64,000 nucleotides of DNA from Oculina patagonica (Eukaryota), in assembly GCF_052425735.1 (NCBI RefSeq), contig NC_135760.1:19158001-19222000 (forward strand), in the 5' to 3' direction. Positions 28,801 to 40,800 of the stretch are shown here, in pieces (the first letter of the stretch is position 1; each line of letters begins with the position of its first letter). A model generated the notes under the pieces. It worked only from the letters and a program-made list of their open reading frames with translations, searched no databases and was not told where the DNA came from. Position numbers and translations under genes: made by a program.

Positions 28801-31800
28801 GCCTACTGATTATCAAACAGCAGAGAATCTAGCCCGCCTAAAAGTGTCGGTCGATAAAACGATCGACGAACAAAACACCAAAGACCCGGAGAAGGAACTC
28901 CTTTACAAACTTTTGGACAAATTGGTTCCACAGCCTGTTGGTTCAACAGGCCCTGTGAAAGAACCAAAACGAGTCGCAGCTTATCAGCCTGCGAGTGAAT
29001 CAAAAAATGATTTATTCGCAGAGTTTAGAAAGCTGCAAAATGAACTCCGAGATGAAATCAGATCACTTAAAACAGATTTTATGCGTCCACAGCCACCCCA
29101 GGAGACACAGTTCAATCGGCAGTATTCTTCTTTTCCACGTAATGGAAAATATTTTAGAGGTTCACCCTTCAGTTCTAGAACTCCACCTCCTCCATTTAAG
29201 GATGGTTGGACTAGTAACGGGAGGCCAACTTGTTACCGCTGTGGTGAGGTAGGTCACATTGCAAGAAACTGTTATGCTGAACCTTTGGAAATAAGTGAAG
29301 AGCATCAAGTTTCTTTAAACTAAAACGTACTCCTTTATACCGAGACAATAGGGGAGTACGGAAAAGGGAACATATTCATTTAGTAACCAGAAACGTTTCA
29401 CACGATAAACTAAGTCTCGACAAACCATGTTTTGAAGTTCCAGTCGGCACGTTGATTAATTTTTCAGATTCAAATTTAAAAGCGGAGACGAATGATATGG
29501 CCGAACATGTTCATCCAGATTTAAGAGGAATTATTTTTAGTGCCCCATTGCTAACGAGCGAAGATAAAGAAGATAATACAGAAAAAGTTGTCAAAAAGGA
29601 AATTGAAAATTTCAGTGTTACAAATACTTCCAAGGTTTCTCAAGTTGTTATTGCGAGTTTATCGAGTAATGATGCCCCGTTAATAAATTTTTCAGATGTA
29701 AGTTTAGAGACGCAAGAGTCGTCGTTCCAAGAGTTTTCAGGGGATCCAAAAATTTTTAATGTTTCAGACAATTCCGAAATACCGCTTGGAAGTGAAGTTC
29801 AAGACAACGACGACAACGCTACCGAAGAGTTAGTTGACCTATCAATTGAGTTTGGGCACGATTTCTTTTCACGGTCAAACGATACTTTTGAAATTAAGAA
29901 TTTTATTCATCCCGATCTTGAAGATATAGATTTCTCCGTGATCCAAAGTGAAAATAATTTTGAAGAAGATTCTTTTTTTGCCAGTGTTGCCATAAACGAT
30001 AATATATTCATGGACATGCCATGTTTACGCACATATTATCAGTGTGAAAAAGATGTCGAGATAAATCCCAGATTATGTGATGTTGATGCAGATCATCAAA
30101 CTATTGTGGTTGATATTAAGACGATTATGCTAATAGTTTTCATCAAAGTCAGTCTTTATTTATCCACATTGAAATTACTAGTCGACAGCGTAACCGCTAC
30201 GACTATAAGTTTCTGCTTTCATTTTGACGATTGTTTTCGCACAAAGAACCCTTTTGATCTGAGTAACACGGATCTCAATTTTTTCAAATGGATGTTTGCT
30301 TCATGCACTGAACGGCGCTTTACGGAAGAATAATTCAAGGCCGTTACCGACTTTCCAAGTAAGTTGTGCTCGCTCTGTAACTGCATGATCTTAAATTTTT
30401 CCTAGTAGACTTTTGCAGAGTCGCCGCGATGTGGCAAACTTTCCGCGCGACATACAAAAAGGCAAAAACGTCTCTGATCAATGTATTTACCCGATTGAGT
30501 ACAACTTACGCTAATTTCCTTTATTTTGTTTTTGACCTATTTAAGTCTTAACTTTAATTGAGTGTCGTGTCACACTTTTAATTCGAATGGGGACATTCGA
30601 TTTAGATCGGGGGGTAATGTCACAGGATGTTTTGCAGAAAATATTGCAAAATAAATAGTTAAATTAAATCTTGATTTAGTGGCTTTTAAGGTTTAGGTAA
30701 TTAGTACCGAAACTTCTAGAAAATCTAAAATATACCAAAAATAACTATAAATTAAGATAGTGTTAATTGGTTAAGAAGGCGAGCTTAATATCACGTTTTT
30801 TATAGCCACTGAACTGAGGCACGGCCAGCGCCCATTTCTGCGCACTAAAGTGTTTTCTTGTATTTATTTAAGTTCTTGTCTTGTGATTTTTATGTCTTAA
30901 TACCTAAGTTTAAGAATATTCGTGATTGTGAACGTGAGTTCAGTTCACTGATAATGGAACTAATATATTTTGATCTGTCAACCATGGGACATCGTGTCTC
31001 AATCTTGTCATATACTCCGTGAGAACTACTTTTGCTAATACCACCAAAACCCCTTCGGCAACCGAAATGACGCAAGAATGTATCTTAATGAATGTATGAT
31101 CCATTAGCAACTAGGGAAAGATAATTTAAAAGATATGCATGTTAATAAGCAGCTAAAAAACATATATAAGCAACGCTGTAAAACTAATAATTTAGAAGAA
31201 AGTTGAAGGAAGAAGGAAGATAGAACTTGTGAGACAAGAAGCTTGAGGAAGGAAGCTATAGATGGAAGTCAAGACTCGAAGAAAGTAATTTGTAAGTCAA
31301 GACGTTGGAAGAAGAAGGACAGAAGAACTGACGTTAAAGAAAAAGAACTAGATTGTGAGTTATACTTAACAAATAAACCTATAGTTCAGTCTTCACGAGT
31401 CAGAGTCGCTTGCTGCACGACAATGGAGTACAAGCTCTAAGCTAATCCCCGCCGGCAGTAAAAGCACCCTTTAACACCGCTCTATTAAATGCCATGTAAT
31501 TCAAATTACAATCGAAAAACATTGGGAAGAAAACTATCGACGCTCAAAGTGCTTTTTAAAAGTACCGGTATTTTAAGAATTAACAAAGACGTCGTTGTTT
31601 TCACTTATGTAAAGGCAAATGTCATTGATTAAAACAGATAGCAACAAAATGTTGCTACAATTAAAACAAGAACTGAACCGATTGCAAAAACACCTCTCTG
31701 GACTTCCCAATTCATCTGCCGACCCCATCTGGTCATGGGAAGTGTTTCAGTGATTTCAGCGTTGATATTTTCATGTGGGAAGGGAACAGACGGGACATCG

Positions 31801-34800
31801 CACTCCAAGAAATCACACAACGGTTTCCATCCTTGTTTTACGTTGTACACCAACAGCTTGTCAGCGGGAACAATCGACTTTACACGGTGGTTGTGGATGC
31901 GAAATAGCTTTCTGAAAACATAAGGGGATTTGGTGTTACAAGAGCCACTGATGGCATTAACGTAGCAATCGAACATGTACTCTGTTTTTCTCGCTGTTGG
32001 CGATAACATGGACACAAACTTTGAGCGTGTAGCAAATAGCGATTCCAGTTGACGCATAGCACTTTTCACCCATAACTCTTCATCTCTTTCGCTTAGAATC
32101 ACTTTACAGTCAGGAAAAGCCTCCAGTATTTCCTCGTAGAAAAAGTTCCCCGGCAGATCCACGGCTGCATCAGCATTCTGGTAAATTCGTTTCACATCTG
32201 GTTTGGTGCCATTTTGGAAAACATCGACCCAGTGATCTAAGAAGTCAAAGATCTGTTCTTCCCAGTCAAATACCGTAAACCCAAGGTGCCGCAAGGCTTT
32301 GGCGATTGATTTAGTACCCGTTTTTCCCTGTCCTGCACAAATGACCTTCATGAGTAAAGCTAAGCTATCAGAAGTGGGTTGTGCCTCTGCCGTGATGTCA
32401 AGTTACATGTCGTTGTTTTTATTCTCGTGAACTCGCTCTAGTCACGAACACTTCACTGATGCATGAAAAGGTGTATTATTATACATTGTAGCTACTTTAT
32501 TCTATTCTTATCAGTTGAGAGCTAGAGCATTCAGCTATTAAATTCACGCTGACATCAAATTTACATCTCATATCTATGGACAATAGGATTATACATGCAG
32601 AACTGATGTCATTTCTACATGATAAGGGACCGGTCACTATTAACGTAGAGGGGGAAGGAAGGGCGAAAAGGGGGGGGGGTCAAGGCTGTTTCAGTTGGCT
32701 TGGGGGGAGGGCTAATTTTTTCATAAACCTTAAAATGAGGCCATCATTTTTTAAGGTTTTGCAAGAGGACTTGTCTGTGCTTTTGTAAATGGGATTACTT
32801 CAACTGGAAATGGGATTACTTCAACTGGACACCCAGTTAAAAGAATAGTATCATTACTTTATTGCTTTAATATTTCACAATTAAATAAAAAGAAATCCAG
32901 ATCAGCCTGTTAAGTTTTTTATTTATTTATTTATTTGTTTATTCATACAGGAACATGTAGTTTAGCTTGTTTAAACGGAGTCCTGTCTAAATACTTAAAA
33001 ATAAATAAATAACTTCGATAAAATTAATACTAAAGAAAACCATACAAATTACATTTTATTACTACAGTGGAACCCCGATATAACGATCCTCGATATAACG
33101 ATATTCCCGGTATAACGATGAATATTCTATGTCCCGGCAAAAGTTAGAGTAAAATGTATGGGACTAGCTGAACCCCGATATAACGATCTTCGATATAACG
33201 ATATTCCCGATATAACGATGAGAATTTAGCGGGCCGAACGTAAAATCCTCCCGATATAACGATATTATCAGTTCACAGTCACAATTTTTTTGCAAAACAT
33301 CGAATTTAATGCAATAATATTACAGTTACTGAGTTATCTCTAACGTTTCTGTAAACAGCTTTGTAAAATGATATACGAAAATGATACTGTGTTCTTAGCC
33401 TCTTTATCAAAATTATTCTCTTTATCCTCCTTTATATGCAGTAAAAATACTTGCTAGGTTTACCCCGATATAACGATATTTTCGGTTATTTTTCGCCCAT
33501 ATCGTTATATCGGGAGTTTCAATATAACGATTCCTCGATATAACGATATAATTTTACTGCTCCCTTGGCATATCGTTATATCGGGGTTCCACTGTAGAAC
33601 ACTACATTAAAAGGACTATGTCACGGGGATTTCGCACATATTTGGTCTAAACTGTTCTGAAATAAGTGGTAGGCAACTTTACCGATGAAAAACATTATCT
33701 TTGAACTTTTAACTGAAGATATAACCTTTATTTGGGTTTAGAAATCAACCTTCGGCTATAAATATCGATTTTTTTTTTTGAAGGCGCGCGAAAACTATTT
33801 GAAAACGTTGGCTAACGAAGATATATCACTTTTCCAATTTTTCTACAAAATATGATGAAATTATTGATTTATTCAGGCTTCAAGTTTTAAGAGATTCCTC
33901 CAACTTTCTGAACTTATACAATACAGAAAAGTTGAAATAGCTCTTTCATTATTAAATGCCATAAAATTCAAATTACAATCGAAAACCGTAAAAACCGTGG
34001 AGAAAACCAATGACGCTCAAGTATCCGGCTGAGATTTTGAGAGTCAGTAACGACTTCGTTGTTTTCACTATGAAACATCCTAGAGTGCTACGACTTTGTT
34101 AAGCGTCAAGGATGATTGGAACCTTGTGGCCCGCCCAATGTTTGTCCTTTGAATGCAACAGTTGTGTACGAACGGTTAAATATAACTTGAACCAAAGTAA
34201 GGCGTTCCTACCTAGTTTGTAAGCTTCAAGCTTGCTGAGCAGAATCACATGATCGACCATGTGCGGAAAAGCCATCTTAAAATCAGCTAGAACCGTACCA
34301 TTAACGTGGTTAAATGTCTAAATTGAATAGCAGAGTATCAACTAAATGTGCAAGGGCCGTGCTGTACTGCTTCTTAAATCAAAACTGGTTGTTTATATAG
34401 ATGAGGTCGTGAACATTTGAATATTCAAACAGTAAAGACGTCGTTATTTGTTTACTTTTTCTGAGGCGAGTGTCACGGATTAAAACAGATAGCAAGAACG
34501 GTTATTAAAATTACAACAATTACTGAAGCGATTGCGAATACACGTCTCTGGACTTCCCCATTCATCTGCTGAGCCATTCTGGTCATGGGAAGTGTTTCAG
34601 TGATTTCAGCCTTGATATTTTCATGTGGGAATGGAACAGTCGGGACATCGCACTCCAAGAAATCACACAATGGCTTCCATCCTTGTTTTACGTTGTACAC
34701 CAACAGCTTGTCAGCGGGAACAATCGACTTTACACGGTGGTTGTGGATACGATATCGCTTTCTAAAAACATAAGTGGACTTGGGGTTATGAGAGCCAAAG

Positions 34801-37800
34801 GTGGCATTAAAGTAGGAACCACCTATATAGTTCATTTTTCTCACTGTTGGCGATAACATGGCCGCAAATTTGGATCCTCTCTGTTTCAACGATTCCAGTT
34901 GACGAGCCCAGCTTTTTACCCATGAATCTTCCTCTCGTTCGCTCAGAATAACTTTACAGTCAGGAAAAGCTTCCAGTATTTCCTCGTAGAAAAAATACAC
35001 GGGCATATCCACGGCTGCATCAGCATTCTGGTAAACTCGTTTCACATCTGGCTTTGCACCATTTTGGAAAACATCGACCCAGTGATCCATAAAGTCAAAG
35101 GTTTGCTCTTCCCAGTCAAATACCGTAAACCCAAGGTGCCGCAAGGCTTTGGCGATTGATTTAGTACCGGTTTTTTGAAATCCTGCACAAATGATCTTCA
35201 TGATTAAAGCTATGAAAAGTGACTTGCTCCTCTGCTGTGATGCCAAGTTACACGTCGTTGTTTTTATTCTCATGTATTTACTGATTTAACTCGCTTTAGT
35301 CACGAACACGTCACTGATACATGAAAACGGATATGTTCATATGCAAATTCAACACATGTCCTCCATATGGCCCCGCTCACGCAATCCTTAGTGTAGGGCC
35401 GGACGGGTTGACATGATCCGGTACGGAAAAAGCCGTCCAGCTCCTCACTCGAACGGCTTTATTGCAAAATATTGTGAAAAAAGTTCGCTGTTGTTGCAAA
35501 AAATGAATAACAGCAGCCACCACGGTGAAAGAGAGTCTACTATCCGGATGAACTGTCCGATAATGAAGTTTTCGAACAAGCAAACAGTTTTGATACGAAC
35601 GTCTTTCAGATGAAGCGTCAAAAATCATCGTGGGTTGAAAACGCCGTGAAGAAAACAATGTATGAACGTTTTTTTTTTCAAGTTTCTGAGAGAAGTTGGA
35701 GGAACCAGAGAAATCACAAGCATACCTTTTGCCGACAGCTGGATTAATTACTCTGTAATTTCTACATCAGTGTTCGTAGAAGAGACAAAACAGAGTACAA
35801 ACCCGACACACTTTCCTCCTTCCCGAGAAGCATACCAAGATACTTGGACGACAGCGAAACAAAAAATTAACGTCCTTAAAGACAACGAATCCAGCATCTC
35901 GTCCAGATTACGAAAAGTGTCCAGCCCACTTTTACATGTCTTTTAGGCCTACTCTGGGACCCAAAGTCGCCGTAACTTTGGGCGATAGCTTATTTTTTAC
36001 AAAATAACCGGCGATTTTGGGCGATTTAAGGCGATTTTGGGCGACATTAGGCGACTTTGGGCGATTTTGGGTCCCAGAGTAGGCCTTGGGGCGATTTTAG
36101 TCGATTTTAGCTTATTTTGTCCAAAATTACGGGCGAGTTGGGCGATTTTGGGTCCCAGAGTAGGCACTTTTGGAACGAGTTCGTTAACAGAGAATCGACT
36201 GGCTAATTTTAATTAATATAAATTTTAATTTTAAGAAAAAAAATCTGTACACCCAATACAGCTAATACTGGACGACACGACAAGAGTTTATAGTCATTGT
36301 CTGGGAAATAAAGTCACTCATTCACGATGGGTCTTAACGCTCGCAGCTGATTAACAATTATTATTTCGTTTTTTTTTTTCAGGTAGTGGCGTTGGAAAAA
36401 GAGGGCCATGTAAGTTAAATTCTTTCTGTTTGTTTATATTGCATCTTCAGTGTTCCATAGTGCAGTATCGACCGCCTGCTCAGAACAACAAACTTTTCCG
36501 ATATAACATCCGGTGTAACAAATAGAGGATATTACATGGTTGCGCGGAGATATGAAATTTATCTTCGAGTGTTCAAATCTAAGCAAAAGAAGCTATATAA
36601 TAAACACCCTTATCTCACGAACCTCCCCCTTTGATAAATCTCCTCAAAAAGCAAACCTCCCGATATAACTAACCGTCCCCGTATAATAACTCCGGAAAAC
36701 AACTCCCCTAGTACAAAAACATCCACGTATAACAAGTCTCCCGATACAGCGGTCCTCCACAAATCTTCTGTTTGAACAAACTTCCGATATAATACGAAAG
36801 CAATTCTCCCCACATGACGACCGCCCAGTATATTACATCCCCTTTCCTCTTCACTCTGATAATGACGGTCCTCTCTCATTTGTGTTGTGATGCTATTTAT
36901 GTTCACAGCAAAGTGTCCCGATGGATACAAACTGTACAACAACGTATGCTACAAGTACTTCTCGGGTCCAGTGAACTGGGTACAAGCTTCGGAGAAATGC
37001 GCCGCAGACTTTTCAACGCTAGCGTCGGTAAACAGTCAGGCTGAAGACTTGTTTGTAAGGACTGTTCTGGTAAGTTATAAATGTAAATAGCTGTAAGACG
37101 CGCGGACAGAATTTCAAAACGTCTGTCTGACTTTATTTGTTTGGGATTAAAGCCTTGTGCATCCGATTATACCCCTTGAATTAAGACCATTATTTTTAGG
37201 TTTCCATCGATGTAAACATTTTTTTTGCTTATCCTAGTTTCCCTCTAGAGTTATAATTAGCAGATATGGCTATTTTGTATTGAACAGCTATTTTATAGAA
37301 TTCAATACTTCTAAAACAAGTAAACTCAAGTTTCTCTTGGCAGAAGCCTATTGAATACAAACACGCCCAGTAAATTAATGTACGCATTGCGGTCCTATGT
37401 TTCGACTTGCATTCACCTTGAAACGCAGTTTCCCAAAAAAGGATCTGGGGCGAGTGAGAAAATTTCCAGTTGGACTGGGGAGAGGCCCTGAAAATGTATC
37501 TCGTCTCGCGGCCGGTTGCGAGTCTCTCGCGCGCGAATTTATCGGCTCTTCCCTTCTGCGCTCGTTGTTCATCGAAATCTTGAAAGAAATAAAGACCACC
37601 AGTCCACGCACTTATTAACCATAAAGCTCTACAGTATACAATAAATCTTGTGTTGCACAACTCTTCTTAGTTCCTTGCCCCCGGGTGGGGGATAGCGCTG
37701 GGTGTTGCACAACAGCTGTAAAATAAACTCCATATTTACTTTCCGTACACAGACCTCAGGCGGCGTGTCGGATGCCTGGATTGGCGTAAGTGATTTAAAT

Positions 37801-40800
37801 AATCACGGGGTCATGTCATGGTTGGACGGCAGTGAGCCTCTCTTCATGAACTGGGATTACTACCAGAAGAATTTTCCTGGCAAAAAATGCGGCGTCATCT
37901 TCACTAACGTTAACTGGAAGTACAAACCGTGCGATGGAGCCAGAGGGTTTATTTGCAAGCGATCTCTCAGGGGTTAGTAGATTCTAGCATTATATGAAGT
38001 AGTTCTTTTTTTTTTTAACGAGACCCAGCCAAGTTTACTCTTGCTTATGGAAAACGAAGGAGAATAGTTTCAAGCAAAGTGTCAAAAATAACTTTCTCGT
38101 TGAAGCGCACAAGATCATTGCGCCCGCGATCGTGGCCTTCAGTGAATAACTAACGACTGAGAACCAATCAGATTCGCGTTTATAAGTTACGCACTTTTCA
38201 CTGAGTAACAGTAGGTTAATTTATCCTTGGCACAATTTATACTTTCACGACGGCGGAGTGTCAAACAAGAATAACTCACTTGAATTTTGCTCTGAATCAA
38301 AATCATTGTTTGCACGAAAACATGAGCTTGTTTCATACATAAGTAATACTTGCTGTTAATTAATTTTTAGGCATTACAGAATACTTGGTACTCATCCGTT
38401 ACGAAAACAAACTCTGGACTGACAACCTCTACGTCCCAGGAAGCCCTAGGCACCAGGCCCTTAGCAGGCATATCCAAGAAGCGGTAAGCTCGTACTGACG
38501 GTTTTTGCAGGAGCCTAGTATTGACTTCTTCTGTTTCTGTTGGTTATTGCAAAGACAATTTTTTCTTTCTACACAAATGAATGGTTTTATTGCCTTTACT
38601 GCAAAAGCAGGAAGCACGTTGATCAAATATCTCTTATGCCATTCAGCATAATAGTTTTACAGAAAATATATATCTCTTTTGTTAACTAAAGAGCCCCCTT
38701 AATTAACCGTCCTCGTGCGCCCATTTCCGCCTGAATCTGTGTTTAACATCTATTTTCCTTGAAATGTCACCAATGCATTTCACCAGAACAGGGCCGTAAC
38801 CAGACATTTTCCCTAGACGAGGCAAGGTCTTGCTAGGGGATCCTGGGTACATGCCCTTCAGAAAACTTTGAAATCTAGAAGCTCTGAAACTCTTTTTTCA
38901 ACATTTTTCATAGGTATTTTTTAAGAAAAAACAAATGTTGTTCAACTTGGAATTCTTTTCCCAAAAAACATATTTTGTTTTTAATTTTGGGTTAAAATCT
39001 AGACGAGGCAAGTGCCTCGTCTTGCCTCTTGCTAGTTACGGTCCTGCAAAATATATGAATATTGATCACAATAGGAATTAGTGAGTACAGAATTGCAAAA
39101 AAAAAAACACAGTGTCGAGTTCAGCGCTTATGGAATTAACCAAACGAGTCCGTTTCGTTTTCTTTTTGATTTACAGTTTCTGGATGTGTATGGTGACTAC
39201 GATTGGTTTGAACAAGTTTCTTTGGATCATTTCAGGTAAGTACAGATGAAACATAACGGTTATTTAAGCTGTCACGCAACGCTTCTCTGTGTGACACGCA
39301 AAGGTCATAGAATTATTAACAGCACAGCTAAACAAGTACATGCAGTGTCCCATTTTTCCCAGGGTTAATCGAATAGTCGAGAACGCGCGTTGCGTCTTTT
39401 CATGCAAGGTGTTTTCGCGCGCTAGAGTGTTCGCCTACGAGTGGCGTGTTTTTTTCTGATTAATAGTAATCAGGTAATTGTACTGAGTGGAGTACATTGG
39501 AATTCACTTCAGGTAGTAATTGGGAGAGTAACGAGCACGATTATTCTCTGAATTGTACTACACGACGTCCTATTAATAATTAATCGCATGAATCATGACA
39601 AAACATTTCGCGATTAGGAAGTCTGAGAACTTTTTTGTGTGAAGAACTTAAACAGCAGGAAAAAACGCGAAAAAGAACCCATCTAGGTTCACATGATTGA
39701 CGTGAAAATGGCGTTGATGTGATCACGCGCCAATTGAGAGATTAAGCACGACCTTTGTTTTCCCGCGAACGGCAAAAATTCGACTTTTGCCGTCTACCGT
39801 TTGGTGTTCGTACGCGGAAATGATTAGTTTTGTGTTTCTTGTAAATGTGGATTTTTTCCCTATTTTTTTAAGGGATTAATTTTAGAATTCGATAAAAAGG
39901 TAACAAAATGAAAGGCAAGCTCACGCTTACCGTTTGCCGTATAACGTCATACTTAATCTCTCTAATAACGCGACAAATAAGCACGCGCCGGAACCAATCA
40001 AAATCGAGAATTTTATTATAGATAAGATTGTTGAGATTAAGCACCGTCTTGGTTGCGCGATTTCCGTTGATTATTTTATTTTCCCAACAGCAAAGGAAAA
40101 GAAGACAAAATATTGGCGCATGTCAAGCTGAGTTTCACCCCAGATGACGACTCTCCCGCTGACCCGATCAAGCTCCTCCGAGACTCCATTCAAGGAAGTG
40201 ATTCTCCTAAAAGAAGTTCAATCACTGGAACACTCCATGGGGAAAAGGTCGAACTTGTCAACGCTACTATGATTGTTGGTAAGTGTTCATAAAATACGTA
40301 AAGCTGAAGTGTAGATGGAGGACAGTATCACCGCAAAGTAAGTGCCGTATAGGGACAGAGTTACTGGCGCGCGCGCGAGGCCCACGCGCGAACCTACGCC
40401 TGCACGTACGTCTTATATATCTAAGGCGTACATGTACCTAACTTGCGATCAGGTCTTCTTTTTTCGAAAAGGAGGAAGAAAAACGCCTCATTACTCGGAG
40501 TGATAAGAAGGGAGGGAGGGCATGATCTCAGGTTTACATGTATCTTTCTGAAACAGACAATTGAGCCGTTGTTCTGTCTTTTTGCTAGAAATTCCAAGAA
40601 ATCCCATGAAATTCCTTATTACAAACACAGGGATTGACAAATCTCAAACCCCCAGTTTTACAAATTGACAATTTGGCATTAAACCGGGTCAAGCTTTAAC
40701 TAATTGTCTTGTAAACGCTGGTTTTCATGTAGTCTACAAACGCAGTCCGTTTCTGGCTTGTTGTTTCCCCACTGTGTTTAAAATCGACGTCAAAATCTAA

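Larger units (their letters stand above)
26880..31476 (+). mobile_element. Young non-autonomous (pol-less) Ty3/gypsy-type LTR retroelement
   Basis: 859-bp LTRs (26880-27738, 30618-31476) with TG...CA ends, 4-bp TSD CCGC, PBS-like TGGTGCAGAA at 27740 and a purine-rich tract before the 3' LTR; only one LTR mismatch noticed by eye. Confidence 0.95.
26601..31482. mobile_element. MITE (TIR GAGCGGTTTTCAMTTGAGTGTCG, TA TSD) split in its right TIR by the LTR element
   Basis: Left TIR at 26601. Right TIR ...CGACACTCAATTGAAAACCGC (to 26879) continues as (CCGC)TC|TA at 31477-31484. Paralogous flanks show the empty site TATTAAATGCC. Confidence 0.75.

Noticed and set aside
27152-31440. Identical 61-aa and 65-aa ORF pairs
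   Set aside because: They lie within the two LTRs; identity reflects the repeat
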